A program made the translations under genes and the position numbers. Shown here piece after piece: positions 1 through 11,454 of a stretch of DNA of 32,000 bases (its first letter is position 1; every line of letters begins with the position of its first letter). Source of the DNA: Desulfobulbus propionicus DSM 2032 (GTDB taxonomy: Bacteria > Desulfobacterota > Desulfobulbia > Desulfobulbales > Desulfobulbaceae); assembly GCF_000186885.1 (NCBI RefSeq), contig NC_014972.1, forward strand, positions 3,810,001 to 3,842,000, given 5' to 3'. The notes under the pieces are model-generated. The model saw only the letters and a list, made by a program, of their open reading frames with translations. It had not been told where the DNA came from and searched no databases.

Positions 1-302
1 TCGAAGTAGATCGGGGTGAACTCGGGCGACGAACGGCCATGGGCGCGTTTGTAGGCATCGCTCTGCTGATCGGCGTCAGTGGCCAGGCTGCCGCTTCCGC
101 CTCTGCCTGTGGAATCAAGCCCTTCCACTCCGGGGCCGGTCTCTTCGGTGATGTTGCCCATGCGATTGCCGCCCATGCTGTCATCGGAGCCGGCACCGGC
201 GCCGCCCGCGTAAGGGGAGACCTGTTTCGGGCCACAACCGCCAGCGAGCAGAACCGTGCAAGCAAGAGCCGTGGCAAGGAAAAGACGGGAAAAGGTATGC
301 AT
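1..302 (-). CDS. pal: Pal/OmpA-family peptidoglycan-associated lipoprotein, N-terminal part (gene runs off the window start)
   Basis: Hand translation of the minus strand gives MHTFSRLFLATALACTVLLAGGCGPKQVSPYAGG...NITEETGPGVEGLDSTGRGG...QQSDAYKRAHGRSSPEFTPIYFD: a lipobox (LLAGGC) followed by the start of a Pal-like 'IYFD' OmpA domain. Confidence 0.75.
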   Translation of the reverse strand, partial: MHTFSRLFLATALACTVLLAGGCGPKQVSPYAGGAGAGSDDSMGGNRMGNITEETGPGVEGLDSTGRGGSGSLATDADQQSDAYKRAHGRSSPEFTPIYF

Positions 303-520
303 AATCAACCTCGCGAAATAAAGAAGGAACAGGGGGAAACAAGTAGTCGATGTATACCTGCAACAGGAGGATAACGTCAAGAAAAACCTAGTTTTCCCCG
401 GTTGTCTCGCGGTGGTCTCCCGCTCGACTCGCCACGGTGGCCGCACCTTTTTCTTGCTAGCCTTTTTCATGAATGGTAGATGGAGGAAACCGTTACCCAT
501 GTCCCGCTGAGGAGGAACAG

Positions 521-1255
521 ATGATCCACAAACTATTCACCGCCCTGTTGCTGCTGGCCACCCTGTGCAGCCCGGTTGCCGCGGAAACCACCATTACCTT
601 TGCCACCGACGCCACCTGGCCGCCGATGGAATTTGTCAACGATCAGAAACAGGTGGTGGGCTATGCCATCGAATTCATGACCGCCGCCGGCAAAGAAGCG
701 GGCTTCACGCCGGTATTCAAGAACACCGCCTGGGACGGCATATTCGCCGGCTTGGCCGCCAAGAAGTACGATGCCATTGTCAGCTCGGTGTCGATCACCG
801 AGGAACGGAAAAAGGCGATGGACTTCAGCGAGCCCTACTTCACCGTCCGTCAAGCCCTGATCGTGGGCAAGGCATCGACCGCCAAGAGCCTGGCCGACCT
901 CAAGGGGCAGAAGGTGGGCGGCCAGATCGGCACCACCGGTTATTTCGCCATCAAGGCCGCCGCCGGGGTGGAAGCCAAATCCTACGACGAAGTCGGCCTG
1001 GCCATGGAGGATCTGAATGTCGGCCGCATTGCCGCGGTGGTCTGCGACGATCCGGTGGCCGCCAACTACGCCATGGACAAGTACAAGGACACCCTCAAGA
1101 TCGCCGCCATTATCGAGACCGGCGAAGCCGAGCATTACGGCGTGGCCGTCAACAAGGGCAATGCCGAAACCCTGGCCCTGATCAACAAGGGCATCGCCGC
1201 GGTCAAAGCCAAGGGCCTTGACCAAGAACTGAAGAAAAAATGGATCGGTCAATGA
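521..1255 (+). CDS. Polar amino-acid ABC transporter, periplasmic substrate-binding protein
   Basis: MIHKLFTALLLLATLCSPVAAETTITFATDATWPPMEFV... with signal peptide and SBP family 3 motifs (GQIGTTG, MAMDFSEPYF-like). GGAGGAACAG Shine-Dalgarno immediately upstream of the ATG at 521. Confidence 0.92.
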   Translation: MIHKLFTALLLLATLCSPVAAETTITFATDATWPPMEFVNDQKQVVGYAIEFMTAAGKEAGFTPVFKNTAWDGIFAGLAAKKYDAIVSSVSITEERKKAMDFSEPYFTVRQALIVGKASTAKSLADLKGQKVGGQIGTTGYFAIKAAAGVEAKSYDEVGLAMEDLNVGRIAAVVCDDPVAANYAMDKYKDTLKIAAIIETGEAEHYGVAVNKGNAETLALINKGIAAVKAKGLDQELKKKWIGQ

Positions 1256-1278
1256 CCGATCCTTACGCTTGACCATTT

Positions 1279-1305
1279 GCCGGGCCTTTGTGCCCGGCTT
1301 TTTTT
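1279..1305 (+). terminator. Intrinsic terminator between the binding-protein gene and the permease gene
   Basis: GCCGGGC-CTTTGT-GCCCGGC followed by TTTTTTT (7-bp GC stem, 6-nt loop, 7 T). Confidence 0.85.
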
Positions 1306-1331
1306 ATCCAACCGTGACGAATCGGCTCACC

Positions 1332-2120
1332 ATGTCTGAACCTGAAATCACCAAAATCGAAGTCGGCGACGGTGCCGCCATTCCCCGGCCGGAAGACAAG
1401 GGGTTGGTTTCCGCCTGGTGGATCGCCCTGTTTGGGGCCATAACCCTGCTTGTCCTCTTGCCGTGGATGAAGCCGGATCCTTACCTCAACATCCTCCGTT
1501 TCGTGCCCGACGGCATCCTGATCACCTTCGAGGTCACGGTGCTGTCGATCACGCTTGCCATCGTCATCGGCTTATTGACCGGCCTGGGCCGACTGTCGCG
1601 CAACCGGGTGATCAACCTGATCGCCTCGCTGTATGTCGAGGTGGTGCGCGGCATCCCGCTGCTGGTGCAGCTGTTCTACATCTACTACGCCCTGGGCCGT
1701 TTTGTCCGCGTTCCGGACATGGTGGCGGCGGTAATCGCCATGGCCTTCTGTTACGGGGCCTACATGGGCGAGGTCTTTCGCGCTGGCATTAAATCGATTG
1801 ATTTCGGGCAGACCGAGGCGGCCTTGTCGCTTGGCTTCAACCACCGCCAAACCATGGCCTACGTCATCCTTCCCCAGGCCTGGCGGACCATCCTGCCGCC
1901 GGTGGGCAACGAGTTCATCGCCCTGCTGAAGGACACATCGCTGGTCTCGATTCTGGCGGTGGCCGATATTCTGCGACGCGGGCGGGAATACGCCTCGGAG
2001 AGCTTCAACTATTTCGAGACCTATACCATGATCGCCCTGATTTACTTGCTGATCACCCTGATCCTGTCCAAATGCATCAGCATCATGGAACACCGATTGA
2101 GCCATTATGAACGCCGCTGA
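1332..2120 (+). CDS. Polar amino-acid ABC transporter permease (His/Glu/Gln/Arg/opine type)
   Basis: Multi-TM protein with [37 protein letters not shown], the EAA loop motif of this family. Start chosen at MSEPEITK. Confidence 0.93.
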   Translation: MSEPEITKIEVGDGAAIPRPEDKGLVSAWWIALFGAITLLVLLPWMKPDPYLNILRFVPDGILITFEVTVLSITLAIVIGLLTGLGRLSRNRVINLIASLYVEVVRGIPLLVQLFYIYYALGRFVRVPDMVAAVIAMAFCYGAYMGEVFRAGIKSIDFGQTEAALSLGFNHRQTMAYVILPQAWRTILPPVGNEFIALLKDTSLVSILAVADILRRGREYASESFNYFETYTMIALIYLLITLILSKCISIMEHRLSHYERR

Positions 2121-2862
2121 TCCGATTATCCGCCTGCAGCAGATCAATAAATTTTTTGGAACATTTCGAGCGCTGGCCGATGTCAGCCTCGATATCCGGT
2201 CCGGGGAAAAGGTCGTGGTGCTCGGACCTTCGGGCTCGGGCAAGTCGACCCTGCTCCGGACCATCAACCGATTGGAGTCCATCGATTCCGGAACGATCAT
2301 CGTCGACGGCCACAACCTCTATGGCGAAGGCGCGGACATCAACCGCATCCGCATGGAAGTGGGCATGGTGTTTCAGAATTTCAACCTCTTTCGCCATAAG
2401 TCGGTGCTCGACAACCTCACCCTGGCGCCGATCAAGCTCAAGATGATGGGACGCGCCCAGGCCGAGGAGCTGGCCATGAGCCTGCTCGATAAGGTGGGGA
2501 TGCGCGACCGGGCCCACCATTTCCCGGTTCAGCTCTCCGGCGGCCAGCAGCAGCGGGTGGCCATTGCCCGGGCGCTGGCCATGGAGCCGAAGATCATGCT
2601 TTTCGACGAGCCGACCTCGGCGCTCGACCCGGAGATGATCAACGAGGTGCTGGAGGTCATGGTGGCCCTGGCCCGGGAAGGCATGACCATGGTGGTGGTG
2701 ACCCACGAAATGGGCTTTGCCCGCGAGGTGGCCGACACGGTGGTGTTCATGGATGCCGGCGCCATCGTCGAAGTGGCGCCGCCACAGGCGTTTTTCACCA
2801 CCCCCCAAAATCCGCGCAGTCAGCTGTTCCTCAAACAGATCTTGGCTCCGGCCACCCGGTGA
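2107..2862 (+). CDS. Polar amino-acid ABC transporter ATP-binding protein (GlnQ-like)
   Basis: Walker [10 protein letters not shown], signature [17 protein letters not shown], Walker [15 protein letters not shown]. Overlaps the permease 3' end by 14 nt. Confidence 0.95.
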   Translation: MNAADPIIRLQQINKFFGTFRALADVSLDIRSGEKVVVLGPSGSGKSTLLRTINRLESIDSGTIIVDGHNLYGEGADINRIRMEVGMVFQNFNLFRHKSVLDNLTLAPIKLKMMGRAQAEELAMSLLDKVGMRDRAHHFPVQLSGGQQQRVAIARALAMEPKIMLFDEPTSALDPEMINEVLEVMVALAREGMTMVVVTHEMGFAREVADTVVFMDAGAIVEVAPPQAFFTTPQNPRSQLFLKQILAPATR

Positions 2863-2867
2863 CCGCG

Positions 2868-3302
2868 ATGAACAAGGGTTTGCTGGAAATACACGAGCAT
2901 GCAGCCGAGGGCTACAAACCCCTGGTGGATTTCGAACACTGGCGGGTGGCCGTGCTCAACTTCAGCCCCGACCTGCTGCCGGAGAACCTCACCCGGATGC
3001 AGCGCCACAATGAAACCGACGAGGTCTTTGTCCTGTTGGCGGGGCGTTGCATTCTTTTTGTCGGCGAGGGAAGGGACCGGGTCAGTCGCATCCACGCCCA
3101 AGACCTTCAACCGGGCCACGTGTACAACGTCAAGCAGGCGGTCTGGCACACCCACACCCTGAGCTTTGATGCCCGGGTGCTGGTGGTGGAAAATCGCGAC
3201 ACCACCTATGACAACTCCCCCTTCACCCCGTTGAGCCAGGAGCAGCACCGGGAAGTGATCGACCTGACCGCCGCGCTGTGGAACGGGCCGCACAAACCCT
3301 GA
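2868..3302 (+). CDS. Cupin-domain protein
   Basis: RHNETDEVFVLLAGRCILFVG...YNVKQAVWHTHTLS matches cupin motifs 1 and 2. In-frame alternative GTG start at 2859 overlaps the ATPase stop codon. Confidence 0.75.
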   Translation: MNKGLLEIHEHAAEGYKPLVDFEHWRVAVLNFSPDLLPENLTRMQRHNETDEVFVLLAGRCILFVGEGRDRVSRIHAQDLQPGHVYNVKQAVWHTHTLSFDARVLVVENRDTTYDNSPFTPLSQEQHREVIDLTAALWNGPHKP

Positions 3303-3374
3303 ACATCTTGTGCCGACCGTGTAATTTCGTACAAAATCATTAAGGTATGTCTCCGGTTTTCCGCCCGGCCGGGC

Positions 3375-5135
<1,761 letters not shown>

Positions 5136-5136
5136 G

Positions 5137-5988
5137 ATGATCAAACCTGTCAGCATCCAACCAACTCCAGCGGGTCCGATCACCATCGGCCCGGGCGCGC
5201 CGCTGTTGCTCATGGCCGGTCCCTGCGTGCTGGAAAGCGGCGACCTGGCCTGGGAAATAGCCCGGGAGATGAAAGCCATTGCCGCCCGTCTCGGCGTTTC
5301 CTATGTGTTCAAGGCCTCGTTCGACAAGGCCAACCGCACCTCGCTCAGCTCTTTTCGCGGACCTGGGGCCGAGAAAGGGCTGCGTATCCTTGGCCGTCTG
5401 CGCGCCGAGGTCGGCGTGCCGGTGGTGTCCGACATCCATGAGCCGGGCCAAGCCGAGCTGGCCGCCGACTGTCTCGATATCCTCCAGATTCCAGCCTTTC
5501 TCTGCCGCCAGACCGATCTGTTGATGGCCGCCGCCCGCACCGGCAAGGTGGTCAACGTCAAGAAGGGGCAATTCGTCTCGCCCTGGGACATGGAGCACGC
5601 GGTCAACAAATTGCGTGGCGCGGGCACGGAGAAAATCCTGCTCACCGAGCGCGGCGCCAGCTTCGGCTACAACAATCTGGTGGTGGACATGCGATCGCTG
5701 GTGGTGATGCGCGCTTTCGGCTACCCAGTGGTCTTTGACGCCACCCACTCGGTGCAGCTGCCGGGCGGGGCGGGCGGGAGCTCCGGCGGGCAGCGCGAGT
5801 TCATTCCTGCTCTGGCGCGCGCGGCCATGGCCGTGGGCATCGACGGTTTGTTCCTCGAGGTTCATCCGCAGCCGGACAAGGCTCTGTGCGACGGCCCCAA
5901 TTCCCTGCCGCTCGATCAAGTCGAGCCCCTGCTCAAACAACTGCTGGCGGTGCGCCAAGCGGTGAGCGGAGTGATCGATGCAGCGTGA
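5137..5988 (+). CDS. kdsA: 3-deoxy-8-phosphooctulonate synthase
   Basis: [16 protein letters not shown]...[20 protein letters not shown]...[23 protein letters not shown] are KdsA hallmarks. Confidence 0.97.
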   Translation: MIKPVSIQPTPAGPITIGPGAPLLLMAGPCVLESGDLAWEIAREMKAIAARLGVSYVFKASFDKANRTSLSSFRGPGAEKGLRILGRLRAEVGVPVVSDIHEPGQAELAADCLDILQIPAFLCRQTDLLMAAARTGKVVNVKKGQFVSPWDMEHAVNKLRGAGTEKILLTERGASFGYNNLVVDMRSLVVMRAFGYPVVFDATHSVQLPGGAGGSSGGQREFIPALARAAMAVGIDGLFLEVHPQPDKALCDGPNSLPLDQVEPLLKQLLAVRQAVSGVIDAA

Positions 5989-6619
5989 CGGTTGCGGTAT
6001 GCCGGGTGGCGGCTATCCCACCGATTGCGAGCTGACCGAGGCTCTGCGCAACCGGGCCATGGCCCGCAACCGGCCGGTGGAACGCGGTGCGGCCTGGCTG
6101 GCGGCCCTGCCCCAGGCGCGGCAAATACGGCTGTTGCTGCTCGATGTTGACGGCGTGCTCACCGACGGCACCATCACCTACACCTCTGGCGGCGGCGAGA
6201 CCAAGAGCTTCAACACCCAGGACGGCCTGGGGATCAAGCTGCTTCAGGACAGCGGCGTGGCGGTGGGCATCATCACGGCCCGCACCTCGGAGGCGGTGGC
6301 GCGTCGCGCCCAGGATCTACGTCTGGCCCATGTCTTCCAGGGCAAGCAGGACAAACTGACTGTGTACGAATCCATCCTCAAGCAAACCGGTCTGCGGCCG
6401 CCGCAAACCGGGTTCATGGGCGACGACCTGATGGATCTGCCGATTCTCAACCGGGTTGGCCTCGCCGTGGCGCCGGCCAACGCGGTGGCCGAGATCCGCC
6501 AGCGGGTCCACTATACCACCGAGCGCGGCGGCGGGCATGGCGCGGTCCGCGAGGTCTGCGACTTGATTCTCGAGGCGCAGGGCAATCTGGCGCGCATGCA
6601 GGCCACGTTCGACCGATGA
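5978..6619 (+). CDS. kdsC: 3-deoxy-D-manno-octulosonate 8-phosphate phosphatase (KdsC, HAD family); true start may be internal
   Basis: [38 protein letters not shown]...[13 protein letters not shown]...[12 protein letters not shown]. Confidence 0.95.
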   Translation: MQRDGCGMPGGGYPTDCELTEALRNRAMARNRPVERGAAWLAALPQARQIRLLLLDVDGVLTDGTITYTSGGGETKSFNTQDGLGIKLLQDSGVAVGIITARTSEAVARRAQDLRLAHVFQGKQDKLTVYESILKQTGLRPPQTGFMGDDLMDLPILNRVGLAVAPANAVAEIRQRVHYTTERGGGHGAVREVCDLILEAQGNLARMQATFDR

Positions 6620-7185
6620 TCCGTAATCCCCGCAACCTGCTGTGGCTGCTGCCGCTGCTGCTCCTTGTCACCAGTCCCGCCTGGAAGCCGCCGTTGAGCG
6701 CGTTCCTTGAACCCCGGGGCGGTTACAATCCCAAGCTGGCCCAGCCCGAGGAAGACACGCCGATCCAGAATTTCGTCATGGACCGGGTGGCGATCACCAT
6801 GACCACGAACGGCATGGAAGAATGGCAGATCGACGCCGAGCGCGCCTTTACCGGCGAGCGCGACCATGAGATCAAGATGGAGGAGGTCAGCGCCATGTAC
6901 ATCGGTACCGAGAAGGAGCCGATCAATATCGAGAGCCGCCGGGGTGCCTACCTGATCAACGACCGCCACCTGATTCTCACCGACCATGTCAAAGTCAGCA
7001 AGCCGACCAAGAACCAGGTCATGCTGTCCGAACGGCTCGAATACGACGATGCCACCAAGATGCTGGTCAGCCCGGGCAAGGTCACCATCCTGGCCCCGAA
7101 GATGCGTCTGGACGCCGGGCGGATGGACTATGATTTTTCCACCGAGGGCTACGATTTCGGCAACCGGGTCAAGGTTAACCTCTAA
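6616..7185 (+). CDS. lptC: LPS export ABC transporter periplasmic protein LptC family
   Basis: N-terminal hydrophobic anchor, then [28 protein letters not shown]...[22 protein letters not shown]; position immediately downstream of kdsC. Confidence 0.8.
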   Translation: MIRNPRNLLWLLPLLLLVTSPAWKPPLSAFLEPRGGYNPKLAQPEEDTPIQNFVMDRVAITMTTNGMEEWQIDAERAFTGERDHEIKMEEVSAMYIGTEKEPINIESRRGAYLINDRHLILTDHVKVSKPTKNQVMLSERLEYDDATKMLVSPGKVTILAPKMRLDAGRMDYDFSTEGYDFGNRVKVNL

Positions 7186-7229
7186 CCCCTCCGGCGTTCC
7201 GGCGGGATTCCACACTGAAGGGATACTCC

Positions 7230-8453
7230 ATGTTGAGAATAAACGAGCATTACCTGAAACTGCAGGCTTCCTACCTTTTTTCCGATATCGCCAAACGGGT
7301 GGCCGCCTTCCAGACCGCCCATCCCGAGCGCGAGGTGATCAAGCTGGGCATCGGCGACGTCACCAACCCCCTGCCCCCCGCCTGTATCGCGGCCTTCCAC
7401 AAGGCGGTCGACGAGATGGCCACCACGGCCGGTTTTCGCGGCTACGGTCCGGAGCAGGGCTATGATTTCCTCCGCCAGGCCATCGCGGTCAACGATTTTC
7501 AGGCGCGCGGCGCCGACATCCAGGCCGACGAGGTGTTTGTCTCCGACGGTGCCAAGTGCGACACCGGCAACATTCAGGAGCTGTTCGCCCTGGACGCGAC
7601 AATCGCCATTCCCGACCCGGTCTACCCGGTCTACCTCGACACCAACGTCATGGCCGGCCGCACCGGGATGTTCAAGGATGGCCGCTATGAGGGCATCGTC
7701 TATCTGGAGTCGACCAAGGCAAACAACTTTGTTCCCGACCTGCCCAAGGAGCCAGTGGACCTGATCTACCTCTGTTTCCCCAACAACCCCACTGGTTCGA
7801 CCATCACCAAGGAACAGCTCAAGGTTTGGGTCGATTTCGCCCGCGAGACCAAGGCGTTGATTCTGTTCGACGCCGCCTACGAGGCCTTCATCCGCGACTC
7901 CCAACTGCCGCACTCCATCTTCGAGATCGAGGGTGCGCGCGAGGTGGCGATTGAATTCCGCAGCTACTCCAAGAGCGCCGGCTTCACTGGCACCCGCTGC
8001 GCCTACACAGTGGTCCCCAAGGAGTGCCGAGCCTTTGATGCGCACGGCAACAAACAGGCGATCCATCCGTTGTGGAACCGCCGCCACTGCACCAAGTTCA
8101 ACGGCGTCTCCTATCCGGTCCAACGCGCCGCCGAGGCGGTCTATTCGCCCGAGGGCAAGGCCCAGTGCACCGCCTTGATCGATGGCTACTTGAACAACGC
8201 CAAAATTATCGGCCAGGCCATGTCCGAGCTGGGGTACACGTATGTGGGCGGCGACAATGCTCCCTATGTGTGGATCGAGGGGGGGCGGGATTCCTGGGAA
8301 TTCTTTGACCTGCTCTTGAACAAGGCCGGCGTGGTGTGCACCCCCGGCGCAGGTTTCGGCAAGTGCGGCCAGGGCTACATCCGCCTCTCCGCCTTCAACT
8401 CCGAGGCCAATGTGGTCAAGGCAATGGAGCGGATCAAGGAGGCTTTACAGTAA
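7230..8453 (+). CDS. dapL: LL-diaminopimelate aminotransferase
   Basis: [24 protein letters not shown]...[13 protein letters not shown]...[17 protein letters not shown]...[16 protein letters not shown] are DapL hallmarks. Confidence 0.97.
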   Translation: MLRINEHYLKLQASYLFSDIAKRVAAFQTAHPEREVIKLGIGDVTNPLPPACIAAFHKAVDEMATTAGFRGYGPEQGYDFLRQAIAVNDFQARGADIQADEVFVSDGAKCDTGNIQELFALDATIAIPDPVYPVYLDTNVMAGRTGMFKDGRYEGIVYLESTKANNFVPDLPKEPVDLIYLCFPNNPTGSTITKEQLKVWVDFARETKALILFDAAYEAFIRDSQLPHSIFEIEGAREVAIEFRSYSKSAGFTGTRCAYTVVPKECRAFDAHGNKQAIHPLWNRRHCTKFNGVSYPVQRAAEAVYSPEGKAQCTALIDGYLNNAKIIGQAMSELGYTYVGGDNAPYVWIEGGRDSWEFFDLLLNKAGVVCTPGAGFGKCGQGYIRLSAFNSEANVVKAMERIKEALQ

Positions 8454-8478
8454 GACACGTTGAAGTTCCAATGAAATG

Positions 8479-8521
8479 GCGGAAAAAATGGGGAAGATCG
8501 CTATGCTTCCCCTGATTCCGC
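8479..8521. repeat. Imperfect two-part inverted repeat (hairpin) downstream of dapL
   Basis: GCGGAA-n5-GGGGAAG-atcgctatg-CTTCCCC-tga-TTCCGC. No T-tract follows, so a terminator role is uncertain. Confidence 0.5.
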
Positions 8522-8642
8522 TGCACGTCACCAACCATCCACCGCTTCTGCCAACGCATTCCTCATAACCTGCGCATCGCAGGACATTAGATGTTTCTCC
8601 TTGAGTTAATGAGCTTATGAACGACCTCAAGATCTGTTTCAA

Positions 8643-8776
8643 GCGTGTCGACTACGACCTATCCGGTCTGTTGCACTATCTTGATAGGCGATATAGGTCT
8701 TCCTGACATTCAGCGTCCGTTCGTCTGCAAAAATGCCAAGGTTCGCGACCTGTTCGACTCGATGTATCAAGAGACC
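8643..8776 (+). pseudogene. Degraded N-terminal fragment of a DUF262 (GmrSD-like) protein
   Basis: RVDYDLSGLLHYLD in one frame, then GDIGLPDIQRPFVCKNAKVRDLFDSMYQ in an adjacent frame. This resembles the DUF262 N-terminal motif with a frameshift and decay afterwards. Confidence 0.65.
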
Positions 8777-9062
8777 AGCCAACCGGTCGGTCCTGCTTGT
8801 TGGCGGCTGCGACAGTCAATCCTTCTTCTTGTTCCCGTCTTCAGCCTTCTCCCCCTTTGATCGCGGCCGTGTTCTTCCGCCGCCTTGTTGTTCATAAACC
8901 CTGCGCATGCTTGGTGTCACGCCGCACGGGGCAAAACAGGGGCGCAGTCCTCGCTCTTTCCTCATCCGCTAGCTGGACCAGGGCGAATCACCCTGCCTTT
9001 GTTTCCCGTCCATCCAGACCGCGCCGAAGCGGTGGGTGTTGATCGATAGTCTTTTGGATGGG

Positions 9063-9085
9063 CATTGTGCAAAATGTGCACAATG
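9063..9085. promoter_or_regulatory. Perfect 9-5-9 palindrome, candidate operator upstream of the hydrogenase operon
   Basis: CATTGTGCA-AAATG-TGCACAATG, located ~137 nt upstream of the ATG at 9222. Confidence 0.4.
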
Positions 9086-9094
9086 AAAAAGGTG

Positions 9095-9122
9095 TTGCAC
9101 AGGCTTTTTTTTGCCTTTATAC
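9095..9122 (+). promoter_or_regulatory. Candidate promoter TTGCAC-16 nt-TTTATA upstream of the hydrogenase operon
   Basis: -35 at 9095-9100 and -10 at 9117-9122, immediately downstream of the palindrome. Confidence 0.4.
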
Positions 9123-9221
9123 ACCAACGTAACGGATTGTTTGTTTCATGGTTTTGTCAAAGAGAGGTTTGTGAGTTCGATGCGTACATAAGCAGTTACC
9201 TGTACATTAAGGAGGTGGCAG

Positions 9222-10316
9222 ATGAAGTCGAAGGTTGTGGGCAGCAACGAGAATCTGTTGAGTAGTGTAACTCGCAGGGATTTCATGAAATTCTGCACGG
9301 CGGTGGCAGCCACCATGGGCTTGCCGGCCGCTGCGGTTCCCCGGATCGCCGAGGCCGTCACCTCGCCGAAACGTCCTCCGGTGATCTGGCTCTCCGGCCA
9401 GGAATGCACCGGCTGCGTCGAGTCGCTGTTGCGCACCGGGCACCCGTCCATTGAAACGCTGATTTTTGACCTGATCTCGCTCGAATACTCCGAGACCCTC
9501 AATGCCGGCTCCGGTCATCAGGCCGAGGCTGCCCGGGCCAAATCGATCGAGGAAAACAAGGGCAAATTCATCCTGGTGGTGGACGGCGCCATTCCGGTCA
9601 AGGATAAGGGCATCTACTGCCAGATCGCCGGCAAACCGGTGCTCGACATTCTCAACGAAACCGCGCCGCTGGCAGCGGCGGTCATCGCCATCGGTTCTTG
9701 TGCCGCCTGGGGTGGCGTTCCTTCCGCCGATCCCAATCCCACCGGGGCCACCCCGGTGCATACCATCCTCAAGCCCAAGGGCATTCCGGTGGTCAATATC
9801 CCCGGCTGTCCGCCCAATCCCTACAATTTTCTTTCCACGGTCATTCACTTCCTGACCTTCAACAAACTGCCGGCCCTGGACGACAAGGGACGGCCCAAAT
9901 TCGCCTACAGCCGCCTGATCCACGAAAACTGCGAACGCAGGCCCCACTTTGACGCCGGCCGTTTTGCCGAGGAGTTCGGCGACGAAGGCCATCGCCAGGG
10001 CTACTGCCTCTACAAACTGGGGTGCAAGGGACCGGAGACGTATAACAACTGCGCCACCCTGCCGTTCAACGACACCCCCGGCTGTTGGCCGGTGGCCACC
10101 GGCTCGCCCTGCTTCGGTTGTTCCGAGGACAAGGTCGGTTTCCACAGCCCCCTGTTTTCCAAGGCAAAGGTCGCCTTCCCCACGCCGCCGGCACAACAGC
10201 CCGACGCGGTTCCGCCCAAGGGCGGTGGCGCCAAGAATTTCGCCTATGGCGTGGCCGGAGCGGCCATCGGCGCGGCGGCGGTGGCCCTGTCACAGCGGGG
10301 CGGCAAGGAAGACTGA
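9222..10316 (+). CDS. hybO: [NiFe] hydrogenase small subunit, Tat-exported, C-terminal membrane anchor
   Basis: Twin-arginine signal TRRDFMKFC; VIWLSGQECTGCVESLLR; AIGSCAAWGGVPSA; CPPNPYNF; distal cluster cysteines CPGCWP..CFGCSED-like; C-terminal hydrophobic helix. AAGGAGGT Shine-Dalgarno. Confidence 0.95.
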   Translation: MKSKVVGSNENLLSSVTRRDFMKFCTAVAATMGLPAAAVPRIAEAVTSPKRPPVIWLSGQECTGCVESLLRTGHPSIETLIFDLISLEYSETLNAGSGHQAEAARAKSIEENKGKFILVVDGAIPVKDKGIYCQIAGKPVLDILNETAPLAAAVIAIGSCAAWGGVPSADPNPTGATPVHTILKPKGIPVVNIPGCPPNPYNFLSTVIHFLTFNKLPALDDKGRPKFAYSRLIHENCERRPHFDAGRFAEEFGDEGHRQGYCLYKLGCKGPETYNNCATLPFNDTPGCWPVATGSPCFGCSEDKVGFHSPLFSKAKVAFPTPPAQQPDAVPPKGGGAKNFAYGVAGAAIGAAAVALSQRGGKED

Positions 10317-10340
10317 ACATAGACCGGGAGTGTGAACACC

Positions 10341-11372
10341 ATGGCAATCAACAGACGGGATTTTCTCAAATTTTCGGCGGGGGCCGGCCTGATGCTGACT
10401 GCGGCGCCGACGCGCGGCCAAGCGGCACCGCGCGGGGAGCTGCCGCCCGATGCGGTCGGCATCCTCTATGACGCGACCCTGTGCATCGGCTGCATGTCGT
10501 GCATGGTCAACTGCAAGAAAGCCAACTCCGAACCCGGCGGCGCCTTGTACCACAAGGAAACTGCCGGCCAGATTCCCTTTGAATATCCGCAGGGCGATCC
10601 GATCTATGACGCCCCGGACAACCTCTCCTCCAAGACGCTGTGCGTGATCAAGGCCTACCGCGATGGTGACGGCGAGCAGCCCGGCCAGAGCGAAAAGGGC
10701 GGCCCGGCCTTCTCCTTTGTCAAGCAGCACTGTCTCCATTGTCTCGAACCGGCCTGCGTGTCGGTCTGCCCGGTGGCGGCCCTGCAAAAGCAGCCGGACA
10801 CCGGCATCGTCACCTACAACAAGAACCGCTGCTTTGGCTGCCGGTACTGTCAAATCGCCTGTCCCTTCGGTATTCCCGCCTATGAATGGGAAAAAGCCTC
10901 GCCCTCGGTGGTCAAGTGCCAGTTGTGCAATCATCGCTATGCCCAGGGAGGGTATTCCGCCTGCTGCGAATTCTGTCCCACCGGCGCCTCGATCTTCGGC
11001 AAGGTCAAGGATCTGCGGGAAGAAGCCAAGCGCCGCCTGGCGCTCAAGCCCGGCGAGACCTACGCCTATCCGGTCAAACGGGTCGACGGCGACGAGCGTA
11101 CCGAACAGGTGGTGGCCGAGTATGTCAACCATGTGTACGGTCTGGAAGAGGCCGGCGGCACCCAATATCTCTTCCTCGCCGGGGTGAGCTTCGACAAGCT
11201 AGGTTTCAACCCCAGGATCACCAACCAGGTCTATCCCGATTTCACCTGGGATTACGTGTCCCATGTACCGGCCCTGATCGGCACCCTGCTGGTGGCCGGC
11301 ACCGCGTTGCGGGTGGTAACCCAGAAGTTGGAGAAAAAAAACAATGACGCCGGGAAGGGGGATGCGTCCTGA
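10341..11372 (+). CDS. hybA: Hydrogenase-associated 4Fe-4S ferredoxin-type subunit (HybA-like), Tat signal
   Basis: MAINRRDFLKFSAGAG Tat motif; CIGCMSCMVNCKKAN; CLHCLEPACVSVCPV; CFGCRYCQIACPFG; C-terminal hydrophobic segment. Confidence 0.92.
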   Translation: MAINRRDFLKFSAGAGLMLTAAPTRGQAAPRGELPPDAVGILYDATLCIGCMSCMVNCKKANSEPGGALYHKETAGQIPFEYPQGDPIYDAPDNLSSKTLCVIKAYRDGDGEQPGQSEKGGPAFSFVKQHCLHCLEPACVSVCPVAALQKQPDTGIVTYNKNRCFGCRYCQIACPFGIPAYEWEKASPSVVKCQLCNHRYAQGGYSACCEFCPTGASIFGKVKDLREEAKRRLALKPGETYAYPVKRVDGDERTEQVVAEYVNHVYGLEEAGGTQYLFLAGVSFDKLGFNPRITNQVYPDFTWDYVSHVPALIGTLLVAGTALRVVTQKLEKKNNDAGKGDAS

Positions 11373-11454
11373 CCCCACACGGACAACCTGTCTCGCGAAC
11401 GTTGATATCAAGTGACATTCATCCCCCAGCAGCGGGAGTGTAAAGGAGAACACC

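Noticed and set aside
39-374. 111 aa plus-strand ORF at the window start
   Set aside because: It is antisense to the Pal-like lipoprotein, whose lipobox and IYFD motif support the minus strand.
5760-5800. GC-rich GGGCGGG direct-repeat-like stretch in kdsA
   Set aside because: It encodes the conserved [15 protein letters not shown] motif of KdsA, so it is ordinary coding sequence.
8797-9042. Small plus-strand ORF before the hydrogenase operon
   Set aside because: Low-complexity Arg/Pro/Ser-rich translation with a rare start and no ribosome-binding site; part of the decayed interval.
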